From an uncultured Polaromonas sp. (GTDB lineage Bacteria; Pseudomonadota; Gammaproteobacteria; Burkholderiales; Burkholderiaceae_C): DNA of 64,000 bases. The translations under genes and the position numbers were made by a program. This document shows positions 1-9,555 of the stretch, in pieces (the first letter of the stretch is position 1; every line of letters begins with the position of its first letter). The stretch spans positions 11,055-75,054 of the forward strand of contig CAYJMW010000008.1 in NCBI GenBank assembly GCA_964371235.1. Reading direction: 5' to 3'. A model generated the notes under the pieces. The model worked only from the letters and a program-made list of their open reading frames with translations, searched no databases and had not been told where the DNA came from.

Positions 1-150
1 GCCGGCGCGCTCGGGTATGGGAAGACACTCGCGAACGGGCTGGGCCTGCTGCTCGGTTTCATCTTCGTCTCGTTGTTGCTGCTCGTTGCAGCGCGTTTGC
101 AGAGGGTCTTTGCCAAGACCAATGCGCCGGACGGTGGCCGCCACGTATGA
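1..150 (+). CDS. 3' end of a membrane protein (partial, window edge)
   Basis: Frame 1 is open from base 1 (AGALGYGKTLANGLGLLLGFIFVSLLLLVAARLQRVF...) to TGA at 148-150; hydrophobic helix. Confidence 0.6.
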   Translation, partial: AGALGYGKTLANGLGLLLGFIFVSLLLLVAARLQRVFAKTNAPDGGRHV

Positions 151-282
151 GACGAAAGGCCAACGGCTTCTACCCACACCGGTAGCAGCAGGGGCGGTGA
201 AGGCGCTGACTTGTAACCGATCCAAAGGTCCGAACGGTGCCCCGAGAGGACGCGTGCATGGCTGGATGTGCGCGGATGCGGG

Positions 283-600
283 TCAGATACGTGTCAATTG
301 GCGTGCTGGCAGCCAGCCTTCAAATATCGAAATTACGCTATTGATGCGTTCGGCTGCCTCGGCTTGGCTGTGTACTTTTGCAATGCATTGGTGCAGGTCG
401 CTACGCAATTGCCACAGCTCGGCCGGTGTCTGGGCGACGTTGATTTTGCGGAGGGTCCGCAGTGCACAGATGTCTTTGCAGTCATGCAGGAGCGCATGCA
501 GGTTTTTGCGGATTTGCCCAATCGGCACCCGATGGTTAGCCTTTTCCGAATCGGAAAATGCGCGCGCTATCGTATTAAAGATACGGGAGAGGATGACCAT
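283..600 (-). CDS. hypothetical protein (~105 aa, helical)
   Basis: ORF 283..702; ATG at 600 (MVILSRIFNT...) is the more plausible start; no recognisable catalytic motif. Confidence 0.6.
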   Translation of the reverse strand: MVILSRIFNTIARAFSDSEKANHRVPIGQIRKNLHALLHDCKDICALRTLRKINVAQTPAELWQLRSDLHQCIAKVHSQAEAAERINSVISIFEGWLPARQLTRI

Positions 601-859
601 GTTCTCAACTTGATGTTCCCGGCAGTCTTGTGAACTGGCGGGATGGATGAAAGGAAGGCGTGGGATTGAACAGAACCAGCCGGGTACGGGCTTTCTATTC
701 ATCCATGATCAGACTTTAGGGTTTGTACCTAGTGCAATCTTGATGAAAAAGTGACGAAACGTCACCTTCGGGACAATCCCCATGACGCCTGCGTCATGAC
801 CGATCCGGTGGAAATGCCTTTGCAGGCGTGCCGGTCTTGACGCGACGGCGCGGACCGCT

Positions 860-2776
860 TCAGCGCCCGCGCATGAACAGCGCATCCAGTTCTTTGATGC
901 TCACCTGCCGCCAAGTCGGCCGCCCGTGGTTGCACTGGTCCGAGCGCTCGGTGGCCTCCATCTGGCGCAGCAGGGCATTCATTTCGCCCTGCGTGAGCTG
1001 GCGGTTGGCGCGCACGGCGCCGTGGCAGGCCATGGTCGAGAGCAACTCGTTTTGTGCCCGCTGGATCACGGTGCTGGCATCAATCTGTGCCAACTCGGCC
1101 AGCACGCTGCGCGCCAGTTCCACGGCGTCGCCCTGCGCCAGGCTGGTCGGCACGGCGCGCACAGCGAGCGTTCTGGGCGAAAACGGGGTGATTTCCAGGC
1201 CCAGCGTGCCCAGCACTTCGGCGCTGGCCTCGGCGGTTGCCACTTCCTGCGGCGTCGCGGCAAAGGTGACCGGAATCAACAACGGCTGGCTGGCGATGCG
1301 GGAGGAGGTATCGAGCTGGTTTTTCAGCCGCTCATAAACGATGCGCTCATGGGCGGCATGCATATCGACGATAACCAGGCCCTGCGCATTTTCGGCCAGC
1401 ACGTAGATGCCCTGCAACTGGGCGATGGCGCGGCCCAGCGGCCACGGGTTCACTGCCTCTCCTGCCGGGACGGGGCAGGCCTGTCCGGAGCCTGTCGAAG
1501 CGGCCTGTCCTGAGCCTGTCGAAGGAGGTTGAGGGCTGCTCTCCAACCCACTCGGTCCACCGGTTACTGCCGCTCGCGCCGGCCCCCAAAGCGCTTCCAG
1601 GTCGGACGCGTAGTTGCCTCCATTCGCTCCCAAATTAATAGCTGGTTGCGCCCATTCCATATGGGCTAGAGCATGATTTTGCTTGAGAAATCCGCTCCCG
1701 GCGTGCGCAGGGGTGGCTTCGGGTGGCTGGCCTGCCAGCCCTGCCCGTGGCGCCGCCAGCGCATCTTCCGTGGCATGGTGCACCGCCTGGTGTACTTCGC
1801 GGCTGTCCCGAAAGCGCACCTCGATCTTGGTCGGGTGTACGTTAACGTCCACGCGGGCCGGGTCCATTTCGACATACAGCGCGTAGACCGGCTGGCGCTG
1901 GCCGTGCAGAACGTCTTCATAGGCGCTGCGTGCGGCGTGCGTGAGTACCTTGTCGCGCACGTAGCGGCCATTGACATAGGCAAACTGCTGGTCGGCGCGC
2001 GAGCGGGCAGCGTCCGGAATGCCGGCGCGGCCCCAGACCCGCACGGCGGGCCGGCCATCGGCCCGGCGCGCTGCGCTTTCATGGTTGACAGCCACCGATT
2101 GCGTCACAAAGTCGCTGCCCAGCACGTCAACCAGGCGCTGCTCGTGCGCCAACTCACCACTGCGGGCGCGCCATTGCTCGACCAGCCTGCCTTCGTGCCA
2201 GATCGCAAAACCGACATCGGGGCGCACCAGCGCATGGCGGCGCACGGCCTCAATGCAGTGCGCCAGCTCGGTGGCATCGGTTTTCAGGAATTTTCGGCGG
2301 GCCGGCGTGGCGTAAAACAGCTCGCGCACTTCCACGCTGGTGCCGCGGACGCGCGCGGCGGGTTTGATCTCGCCGGTGCGGCCATCGAGTTGCCAGGCAT
2401 GGTCGGCCTCCGGCGTTCTTGACAGCAGGCTGATGTCGGCAATGGAATTGATGGCCGCCAGCGCCTCCCCCCTGAAACCCATGGTGCCGACGGCCTCCAG
2501 CTCTTGCAGCGAGGCGATCTTGCTGGTGGCGTGGCGCTTGAGGGCAATCGCCAGCTCGCCCTGCGCAATGCCCATGCCGTCGTCTTCCACCCCGATCAGG
2601 CGCACGCCACCGGCCAGCAAGCGCACCGTGACTTGTGTGGCCCCGGCATCCAGCGCGTTGTCCAGCAGTTCGCGCACCACCGAGGCTGGCCGCTCGACCA
2701 CTTCGCCGGCAGCAATCTGGCTGATCAACTCGTCGGGAAGTTCGCGGATCGGGCGGCGCGGGGTCTGGGAGGTCAT
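860..2776 (-). CDS. mutL: DNA mismatch repair endonuclease MutL
   Basis: QIAAGEVVERPASVVRELLDN, GFRGEAL, DVNVHPTKIEVRF and C-terminal DMHAAHERIVYE / CNHGRPT endonuclease motifs. Confidence 0.98.
   Translation of the reverse strand: MTSQTPRRPIRELPDELISQIAAGEVVERPASVVRELLDNALDAGATQVTVRLLAGGVRLIGVEDDGMGIAQGELAIALKRHATSKIASLQELEAVGTMGFRGEALAAINSIADISLLSRTPEADHAWQLDGRTGEIKPAARVRGTSVEVRELFYATPARRKFLKTDATELAHCIEAVRRHALVRPDVGFAIWHEGRLVEQWRARSGELAHEQRLVDVLGSDFVTQSVAVNHESAARRADGRPAVRVWGRAGIPDAARSRADQQFAYVNGRYVRDKVLTHAARSAYEDVLHGQRQPVYALYVEMDPARVDVNVHPTKIEVRFRDSREVHQAVHHATEDALAAPRAGLAGQPPEATPAHAGSGFLKQNHALAHMEWAQPAINLGANGGNYASDLEALWGPARAAVTGGPSGLESSPQPPSTGSGQAASTGSGQACPVPAGEAVNPWPLGRAIAQLQGIYVLAENAQGLVIVDMHAAHERIVYERLKNQLDTSSRIASQPLLIPVTFAATPQEVATAEASAEVLGTLGLEITPFSPRTLAVRAVPTSLAQGDAVELARSVLAELAQIDASTVIQRAQNELLSTMACHGAVRANRQLTQGEMNALLRQMEATERSDQCNHGRPTWRQVSIKELDALFMRGR
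1478..1524. repeat. 24-bp-period tandem repeat inside mutL linker
   Basis: GGCCTGTCC[G/T]GAGCCTGTCGAAG at 1478-1500 and 1502-1524, one mismatch; encodes STGSGQA twice. Confidence 0.9.
1626..1680 (+). repeat. 55-bp dispersed element, copy A (in mutL)
   Basis: GCTCC-CAAATTA-ATAGC TGGTTGCGC CCATTCCAT ATGGGCTAG AGCATGATTTT. Confidence 0.8.
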
Positions 2777-2861
2777 GAGCCGGTGATTTTAGGCGCAGCC
2801 CCAGCTTCTCGTGGAACGCCGGGCGAGCGGGGACAAATCCAGACCTGTCAAAATCGCGGCC

Positions 2862-3524
2862 ATGGAACTGGCTGCCTTTCTCTTCGACTTCATCGTCCAC
2901 ATCGACAAACATCTTGAGGTTTTTGTGAGCAGTTACGGCGCATGGGTCTATGCGCTGCTGTTTCTCATCATTTTTGTGGAAACCGGCGTCGTCGTGATGC
3001 CGTTCCTGCCGGGTGATTCGCTGCTGTTTGTGGTGGGCGCCATGTGTGGCGTCGGCTTGCTCAGCTTTCCTCTGGCCCTGGGGCTGCTGTTTGCCGCGGC
3101 CGTGCTGGGCAACCAGTCCAACTACACCATTGGCCACTATTTTGGTCCCAGGGTGTTTCAATGGGAAAACTCAAGATTTTTCAACAAGACGGCATTTAAC
3201 CAGGCCCATGCGTTTTACGAGCGCTACGGCGGCATCACCATCGTGGTGGCGCGCTTCATGCCTTTTTTGCGGACCTTTGCGCCGTTTGTGGCGGGCGTGA
3301 CGCAAATGACGCGCAGCAAATTTACGCTCTACGACATCACCGGAGGCGCGCTCTGGGTCGGCAGCATTGTCACCGTGGGCTACTTCTTTGGCAACGTGCC
3401 CTTTGTCAAGGAGCATCTGGACAAGATCATCTGGGCCATGATCCTGATTCCGGGTCTGGTCATCCTGTGGGGGGGCTGGAAGGCCAGGCGCAGGGCGGCT
3501 CGTTCAGCCGCAAAACAACCCTGA
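2862..3524 (+). CDS. dedA: DedA family membrane protein
   Basis: FVETGVVVMPFLPGDSLLF and ARFMPFLRTFAPFVAG motifs. Confidence 0.93.
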   Translation: MELAAFLFDFIVHIDKHLEVFVSSYGAWVYALLFLIIFVETGVVVMPFLPGDSLLFVVGAMCGVGLLSFPLALGLLFAAAVLGNQSNYTIGHYFGPRVFQWENSRFFNKTAFNQAHAFYERYGGITIVVARFMPFLRTFAPFVAGVTQMTRSKFTLYDITGGALWVGSIVTVGYFFGNVPFVKEHLDKIIWAMILIPGLVILWGGWKARRRAARSAAKQP

Positions 3525-3634
3525 CCAGGAGCTGATTTGCCATCCACGGCGCCGGTTGCGGTGACGTGCCGGAACGCCCGAAATACTGACCGGGCCGCAC
3601 GCTCAATGTCGTCCTGTAGCGGCCCCGCGCGGGT

Positions 3635-4993
3635 TCACAGGGCGCGGCTGCGCGCCAGCGGCGGGTTTTTGGCGAAGTAGCGGGTGATCCCGCGCATCAG
3701 CGCGTCGGCGAGTTGCACCTGGTAGTCATCGCTGCGCAGCCTGGCTTCTTCATCAGGGTTGCTGATGAAGGCGGTTTCCACCAGCACGCTGGGAATGTCG
3801 GGGGCCTTCAGCACGGCAAAGCTGGCCTGTTCAACCCTGGGCTTGTGCAGCTTGCCAACGTTGCCGATCTCGCCCAGCATGGCGCTGCCGAGTTTCAGGC
3901 TGTCCTTGATTTGCGCGGTGGTGCTCATATCGAACAGGGCTTTTTGAACCACGGCGTCCTTGGCTTTCACATTGACGCCGCCCACCAGATCGGCCGAATT
4001 TTCCTTGTTGGCGATCCAGCGCGCGGCGCTGCTGGAAGCGCCTTTTTCGCTCAGCGCAAAAACGCTGGCGCCTTGCGGCCGCTCGGTGAAAAACGCGTCG
4101 GCGTGGAGGCTGATAAAAAGATCGGCCTGCACACGGCGCGCCTTTTGCACACGAACCTGCAGCGGTACAAAAAAGTCCGCGTCCCGGGTGAGGTAGGCGC
4201 GCATGTTGGGTTGCTGGTTGATGCGGCCAGCCAGGCGGTGTGCAATTTGCAGCACCACATCTTTTTCACGCGTGCCGCCGGGGCCGATCGCGCCAGGGTC
4301 TTCGCCGCCATGGCCCGGGTCCAGCGCCACGATGACAAGGCGGTCGGTCTTGCCCTCTGTCTTGGCGAGCGCTGCCAGTATGGCGGGTCTGTTATCCGCT
4401 GGTTTGGCGGCACTGGCCGCGGCGCTTGCGGGCGCCCTGCCGGATTGCCGCGCGATGAGTTCGCCGAGTGGGTCACTATTGCCACCGCCTTGCGCCGGGC
4501 TCGCTGCCGGCTGCTCGCCTGCGAGCCGTTCGGTAATCAGCGCCGCCAGCGGGTCGGGGGCCTGGGCCGGGTAGAGGTCAAACACCAGCCGGTACTGATA
4601 GGCCGCGACGGGCGGCAGGGTGAATACTTGCGGCAGTATGGCTTGCTTGAGGTCGATCACCAGCCGCACCACGCCCGGCGCGTTTTGACCCACCCGGATG
4701 CGTGAAATATTCGGGTCATCCGATTTCACCTTGGCCACCAGTTCGCGCAAGGCCGGGACCAGGTCAATGCCTTCAAGATCAACGGCCAGACGCGGTGGAT
4801 CGGCCACAAAAAACTGCCGCGCCTTGATGGCGCCATCAGACTCGATGGTCAGCCGCGTGTAGTCCTTGGAGGGCCAGACGCGAACGGCAACAATCGTGGC
4901 GCCGCGCGCAATCTGCCGCACCCCCAGCAACAGCACGATGCCGCCCAGTTGCAGAGCGCTGCGTCGGCTCAGGGGCATCAAAGGATTTGTCAT
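3635..4993 (-). CDS. amiC: N-acetylmuramoyl-L-alanine amidase (Tat signal, AMIN and amidase_3 domains)
   Basis: SRRSAL Tat motif, LDPGHGGEDPGA, FISLHAD and SVLVETAFISN. Confidence 0.95.
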   Translation of the reverse strand: MTNPLMPLSRRSALQLGGIVLLLGVRQIARGATIVAVRVWPSKDYTRLTIESDGAIKARQFFVADPPRLAVDLEGIDLVPALRELVAKVKSDDPNISRIRVGQNAPGVVRLVIDLKQAILPQVFTLPPVAAYQYRLVFDLYPAQAPDPLAALITERLAGEQPAASPAQGGGNSDPLGELIARQSGRAPASAAASAAKPADNRPAILAALAKTEGKTDRLVIVALDPGHGGEDPGAIGPGGTREKDVVLQIAHRLAGRINQQPNMRAYLTRDADFFVPLQVRVQKARRVQADLFISLHADAFFTERPQGASVFALSEKGASSSAARWIANKENSADLVGGVNVKAKDAVVQKALFDMSTTAQIKDSLKLGSAMLGEIGNVGKLHKPRVEQASFAVLKAPDIPSVLVETAFISNPDEEARLRSDDYQVQLADALMRGITRYFAKNPPLARSRAL

Positions 4994-5472
4994 GTCAGCA
5001 ATTGCGCACCGGTGGCGCTGTGCGCGGTCAGGGTGACGGCTCGGGATTCGTCGGGCAGCATTTCAATGTGGATCGAGAGGTCAGGGTGCGGCAAATGGGG
5101 GCCGGCCTTTTCCGGCCATTCAACCAGCTTGAGCCCGGGGCTGGCAAAAATATCGCGAAATCCGGCATCTTCCCATTCGCGCGGATCATTGAAGCGGTAA
5201 AAATCAAAGTGCCAGATATTCAGATTCGATTCGGCCAGCGTGTAGGGTTCGACCACGGTGTAGGTGGGGCTTTTGATGCGGCCCTGCACACCGAGCGCCT
5301 GGAGCAGATGGCGCGCCAACGTGGTTTTACCTGCTCCCAGGTCACCCTGCAACTCGATCAGGGCACCACCAATCGCCCGCTTGCGGGCCAGTGCCTGCGC
5401 AAAGGCCGCGGTGGCCGCTTCGCCCTGCCAGACAATATTTTTTACAATCAGCGGATGGTCCTGAACAGTCAT
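4990..5472 (-). CDS. tsaE: t6A biosynthesis ATPase TsaE
   Basis: GDLGAGKTT, IKSPTYT, HFDFYR and LVEWPE; start uncertain. Confidence 0.93.
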   Translation of the reverse strand: MTVQDHPLIVKNIVWQGEAATAAFAQALARKRAIGGALIELQGDLGAGKTTLARHLLQALGVQGRIKSPTYTVVEPYTLAESNLNIWHFDFYRFNDPREWEDAGFRDIFASPGLKLVEWPEKAGPHLPHPDLSIHIEMLPDESRAVTLTAHSATGAQLLT

Positions 5473-6552
5473 CAATTTGTTTCTCAAATTCAAACTTGGG
5501 CGCGCGAGCTTGGATTTTCGCAAATTGGCGTGGCTGGCGTTGATTTGTCGTCAGCTGAACCGGGATTATCGGCCTGGCTCGCCGCGGGCTTTCATGGTGA
5601 CATGTATTACATGGCGGCGCACGGGCTCAAACGGGCGCGGCCGGCCGAACTGATTCCGGGTACCGTGAGCGTCATCACGGCACGAATGGATTATTTGCCT
5701 GCAGCCACATTTGTCAACCCTGGCCAGTGGCAGGCCATGGAGCTGAGCCGCCTTGAGCGGCCCACCGAGGGCATTGTGTCGGTCTATGCGCGTGGTCGCG
5801 ACTATCACAAGCTGATGCGCGCCCGCCTGCAAAAACTAAGCGAGAAAATTGCCCTGCAGGTGACGCAACTCGGTCATCGCGTTTTCACCGATTCGGCCCC
5901 GGTGCTCGAAGCCGAGCTGGCGGCCCGCAGCGGCCAGGGCTGGCGCGGCAAGCACACGCTGCTGCTCAATCGCGAAGCGGGATCGATGTTTTTTCTCGGT
6001 GAAATTTATGTCGATGTGGCCTTGCCGCCCAGCGCGCCGGTGGCGCAGCACTGCGGCAGCTGCAGCGCCTGTATTGACGTGTGCCCCACGCAAGCCATCA
6101 TTGCGCCCTACCGTCTTGACGCACGGCGCTGCATTTCCTACCTGACGATCGAACATGCCGGGCCGATTCCGCTGGAGCTGCGCCCCTTGATGGGCAACCG
6201 CATTTACGGCTGCGATGACTGCCAGCTCATTTGCCCGTGGAACAAGTTTGCGCAGCGCAGCACCCTGCCGGACTTTGACGAGCGCCAGGGCCTCACGGGG
6301 CAGCAACTGGCGACCCTGTTTGCCTGGACCGAGGAAGAATTTTTGCGCTTCACGGAAGGCGGCGCCATCCGCCGGATTGGGCATGAGCGCTGGTTGCGCA
6401 ACATTGCGGTGGCGATGGGAAACGCGTTGCGTGCGAGCGTTGCCGACGATGCCGCGATACAGGCAGGCTTGCAGGCCCGTGCCGAACACCCGAGCGGGAT
6501 CGTCAGGGAACATGTTCTGTGGGCGCTGGATCAGCGGATAGACTCGAAGTAA
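5455..6552 (+). CDS. queG: epoxyqueuosine reductase
   Basis: YARGRDYH, FTDSAPVLE, CGSCSACIDVCP, RCISYLTIE and YGCDDCQLICPWN; start uncertain. Confidence 0.95.
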   Translation: MVLNSHQFVSQIQTWARELGFSQIGVAGVDLSSAEPGLSAWLAAGFHGDMYYMAAHGLKRARPAELIPGTVSVITARMDYLPAATFVNPGQWQAMELSRLERPTEGIVSVYARGRDYHKLMRARLQKLSEKIALQVTQLGHRVFTDSAPVLEAELAARSGQGWRGKHTLLLNREAGSMFFLGEIYVDVALPPSAPVAQHCGSCSACIDVCPTQAIIAPYRLDARRCISYLTIEHAGPIPLELRPLMGNRIYGCDDCQLICPWNKFAQRSTLPDFDERQGLTGQQLATLFAWTEEEFLRFTEGGAIRRIGHERWLRNIAVAMGNALRASVADDAAIQAGLQARAEHPSGIVREHVLWALDQRIDSK

Positions 6553-6584
6553 TTTAATGCAACCCAATTCCAGGAGAATTTCCA

Positions 6585-7313
6585 ATGGGCGCTGATCCTC
6601 TTCCACTGGACCCGGACCTGGTCCGTGTACTGTCCGGCATCACGACCGCAACGATTACCACCGTTCTGCTGAAGAAAGGGTTGCGCAATGTCTGGATGCG
6701 CGGTGCCAAACCACTGCAGCCCGGACAGACGCGACGGGTCGGGCGCGCCTTTACGCTGCGGTTCGTGCCGGCGCGCGAGGATCTGGCAACGCCCGCGTCC
6801 TGGGGCGCGCCGATATCGACGCGGGCCGCGATCGAGGCCATGCCTGGCGGCTGCATTGCCGTGGTGGATGCCATGGGTGTCGTCGATGCCGGCATTTTTG
6901 GTGACATCCTGTGTGCGCGCATGAAGAAACGCGGCGTGGCCGGGCTGGTCACGGACGGCGTGATCCGTGACCTGGCGGGTGTGCTGGCGACAGGGTTGCC
7001 CGTGTGGTGCCAGGGTAACGCCGCGCCGGCCTCGGTGACGGGACTGACCTTCGTCGCCTGGCAGGAGCCGATCGGCTGCGGTGGCGTGGCGGTGTTTCCC
7101 AACGATGTGGTGGTGGTTGATTCGGATGGCGCAGTGTTGATTCCGGCCGCTTTGCTGGACGAAGTGGCCGGTTTGGCCGTGGAACAGGAGCGCCTGGAAG
7201 ACTGGATCATGCGGGAAGTCGAGAACGGCCATACCTTGCCAGGACTTTATCCGCCTGACGCCGAGAACCGGGCGCGATACGACGCGTACAAAGCCGGCAA
7301 CAAAACTGCTTGA
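6585..7313 (+). CDS. RraA-like / HMG-CHA aldolase family protein
   Basis: GRAFTLRF, FGDIL, LVTDGVIRD and VFPNDVVVVDSDG; RBS AGGAG upstream. Confidence 0.85.
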   Translation: MGADPLPLDPDLVRVLSGITTATITTVLLKKGLRNVWMRGAKPLQPGQTRRVGRAFTLRFVPAREDLATPASWGAPISTRAAIEAMPGGCIAVVDAMGVVDAGIFGDILCARMKKRGVAGLVTDGVIRDLAGVLATGLPVWCQGNAAPASVTGLTFVAWQEPIGCGGVAVFPNDVVVVDSDGAVLIPAALLDEVAGLAVEQERLEDWIMREVENGHTLPGLYPPDAENRARYDAYKAGNKTA

Positions 7314-7399
7314 GCGCGAAGACCGAAGCAAGGTTGACTCCTTGCGGCCAGCGGGTCGATCAATCCAGTTCGTCAACCAATCAAATCAGGAGTCTGCGC

Positions 7400-8335
7400 G
7401 TGAATAAATTAGATGCTACAGCCAAGGGCGTTTACCTGATCGCGGTAACGCCCTTTGCTGAAGATGGCTCGCTTGATCTGGCCAGTACAGATCGCATGGT
7501 TGATTTTTATCTGGAACGTGGCGCGACGGGCCTGACCATCCTGGGCATTCTGGGAGAGGCGACCAAACTGACTGCAGACGAGTCGCGGCTATTCGCCAAA
7601 AGGGTTTTGGCTCGGGTCGGTGGGCGGGTTCCAGTCGTCGTTGGGGCTTCGTCGCCAGGGTTTGCGCCGATGCGGGAATTGACTGAAAGCGTGATGGCGA
7701 TGGGCGCGTCCGGCGTGATGATCGCGCCGCCCCCTACGGTTCGAAGTGATGAGCAGATCATTGCCTATTTCGATATGGTCAATGAAACGCTGGGCGCCAG
7801 GGTTCCCTGGGCCCTGCAGGATCACCCGGTTTCGACGGGGGTGCAGATGTCAGTCTCCGTTGTTTTGCGCATTCTAAAAAACTCGCCGCAGTGCGTGATG
7901 CTCAAGCATGAGGCCTCCCCAAGCCTGGCCAAGCTGTCGGCGATCCGCGCGGCGAGCGAAAGCGGCGAAGTCAGGCGGGTGTCAATTCTCACTGGCAATG
8001 GCGGCGGCCTCTTCTTGCCGGAGGAACTCGCGCGCGGCGCGGATGGCGCAATGACCGGATTTGCCTATCCTGAAATGATGGTGGAGGTCTGCAAGGCGCA
8101 CGCAAATGGAGATATCGAGCGAGCCCATGACCTCTTCGATGCTTATCTGCCGCTTGCGCGCTATGAACAGCAGACCGGGATCGGACTGGCGGTCAGGAAG
8201 CACATCATGGCCGAACGAGGTGTGATTGCCTCTGCCGTGCTTCGCAAGCCAGGGCCGAAATTGTCGGCTGCCGATATTGCTGAAATTGAGCACTTGACGA
8301 GGCGGCAGCTCAAGCGTTTGCAGGAGATTCAATAA
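7400..8335 (+). CDS. DHDPS/NAL-family class I aldolase or dehydratase (not DapA)
   Basis: GTG at 7400 after AGGAG; VTPF..DG.LD, GILGE and Schiff-base Lys in MLKHE. Confidence 0.85.
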   Translation: MNKLDATAKGVYLIAVTPFAEDGSLDLASTDRMVDFYLERGATGLTILGILGEATKLTADESRLFAKRVLARVGGRVPVVVGASSPGFAPMRELTESVMAMGASGVMIAPPPTVRSDEQIIAYFDMVNETLGARVPWALQDHPVSTGVQMSVSVVLRILKNSPQCVMLKHEASPSLAKLSAIRAASESGEVRRVSILTGNGGGLFLPEELARGADGAMTGFAYPEMMVEVCKAHANGDIERAHDLFDAYLPLARYEQQTGIGLAVRKHIMAERGVIASAVLRKPGPKLSAADIAEIEHLTRRQLKRLQEIQ

Positions 8336-8422
8336 GCCACCTATTGTGGCGTGATCCAGGCAAACACATGGCCTTGCACCATTGATAACGCGACCCACGC
8401 AGCCGCCCAAGGGGCCGCCAGG

Positions 8423-9328
8423 CTACCGCAGCAGGCCCAGTGCAAACGGCAAGCTCACCACGCCAAGCATCGTTGACAGGGTCACCAGGCCTGCGACATA
8501 GCCGCCGTTGTAACCCATGCGCGCCGCCAGCACGTACGCACTGGAGGCCGTGGGCAGCGCGGAAAACGCCAGCAGTATGGTGGTCTGCGGGGACGACAGA
8601 CCGAACGCTTTGGCCAGGCCCATGGCCACGATCGGCAGGAGCAGGTGCCGTATCGACAGCACCGCCACCGCCAGAGTTTTGGCCTGCGACAAATGGCCAA
8701 GCTGCATGCCGGCGCCGGCCGCCATCAAACCCAGTGGCAGTGACGCCGTGCCGATGCGGGTGAGCGTGGGCTCCAGCCAGGGCGGCAGTGTGAAGCCGAG
8801 CAGGTTGGCTGCCAGGCCGCTGGCAGTGGCCAGGATGAACGGGTTGCGCACCAGCTCACGTACGAGGCCGCGCTGTGCGTGCCTGGCCATGGGCCACACC
8901 GCCGCCACATTGAAGAGCGGCACGCAAACGCCGATCAGCACGGCCAGCAGCAGCAGACCCTGGCTGCCCGCCAGCCGCTCGGTCAGGGCCAGGCCGATGA
9001 AGGAGTTGAAACGGAAGGCCACCTGTACGCTGGCCGCATGTTCGCGCCGGTCGATATGCCGGCCCAGCCACGGCAGGTAGGGCAGGCTATATGCCAGCGC
9101 GATGCCGGTCAGTCCCACCGCCAGACCCGCACCGACAAAGCTGGAAGCGGCCACCAGATCCAGCGGGCTTTTGACAATCGACTGAAACAGCAGTACCGGA
9201 AACAGAAAGTAATACACCAGGCTTTCCACCTGCGCCCATACCGTGCGGTTGAGCGCGGTGTAGCGGCAAAGCAGGTAGCCACAAACGATGAGGGAAAAGT
9301 CGGGGAATAGAAGCTGCGCGTAGAACAC
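8423..9328 (-). CDS. AEC (auxin efflux carrier) family transporter
   Basis: ~10 TM helices; YYFLFPVLLF, FRFNSFIG, LVRNPFILA and ALPTASSAYVLA. Confidence 0.88.
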   Translation of the reverse strand: MFYAQLLFPDFSLIVCGYLLCRYTALNRTVWAQVESLVYYFLFPVLLFQSIVKSPLDLVAASSFVGAGLAVGLTGIALAYSLPYLPWLGRHIDRREHAASVQVAFRFNSFIGLALTERLAGSQGLLLLAVLIGVCVPLFNVAAVWPMARHAQRGLVRELVRNPFILATASGLAANLLGFTLPPWLEPTLTRIGTASLPLGLMAAGAGMQLGHLSQAKTLAVAVLSIRHLLLPIVAMGLAKAFGLSSPQTTILLAFSALPTASSAYVLAARMGYNGGYVAGLVTLSTMLGVVSLPFALGLLR

Positions 9329-9555
9329 CCGTCGAGAATAACCGCAATCCTTGCATGAGCGCTCCCGGGCCTCGATGATCAGCGCGGACGGGTTTCAATA
9401 TCAATCCGGACAAGGGAGATGCCTGGATGCGCGAGCAGGTCGAAATTGGCCGACCGAGGGAAAGTCTGTAGTCGCGCCAGTGTCGGTGCGTGGCAGAATG
9501 AATCAAGCCCTTGACCGAGCACGAATGAGGGCAGTGATCTTTTTCAGGAGATGTT

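Noticed and set aside
200-250. tRNA-Thr-like string GCTGACTTGTAA
   Set aside because: No pairing anticodon stem, T-loop (GTTCRA) or acceptor stem; not a tRNA.
17-633. Plus-strand ORFs 17..613 and 268..633
   Set aside because: They overlap the better-supported 1..150 and 283..600 genes and have no motifs; treated as shadow ORFs.
4987-5454. N-terminal 156 aa of the 521-aa queG ORF
   Set aside because: Antisense to tsaE; QueG homology begins near 5455.
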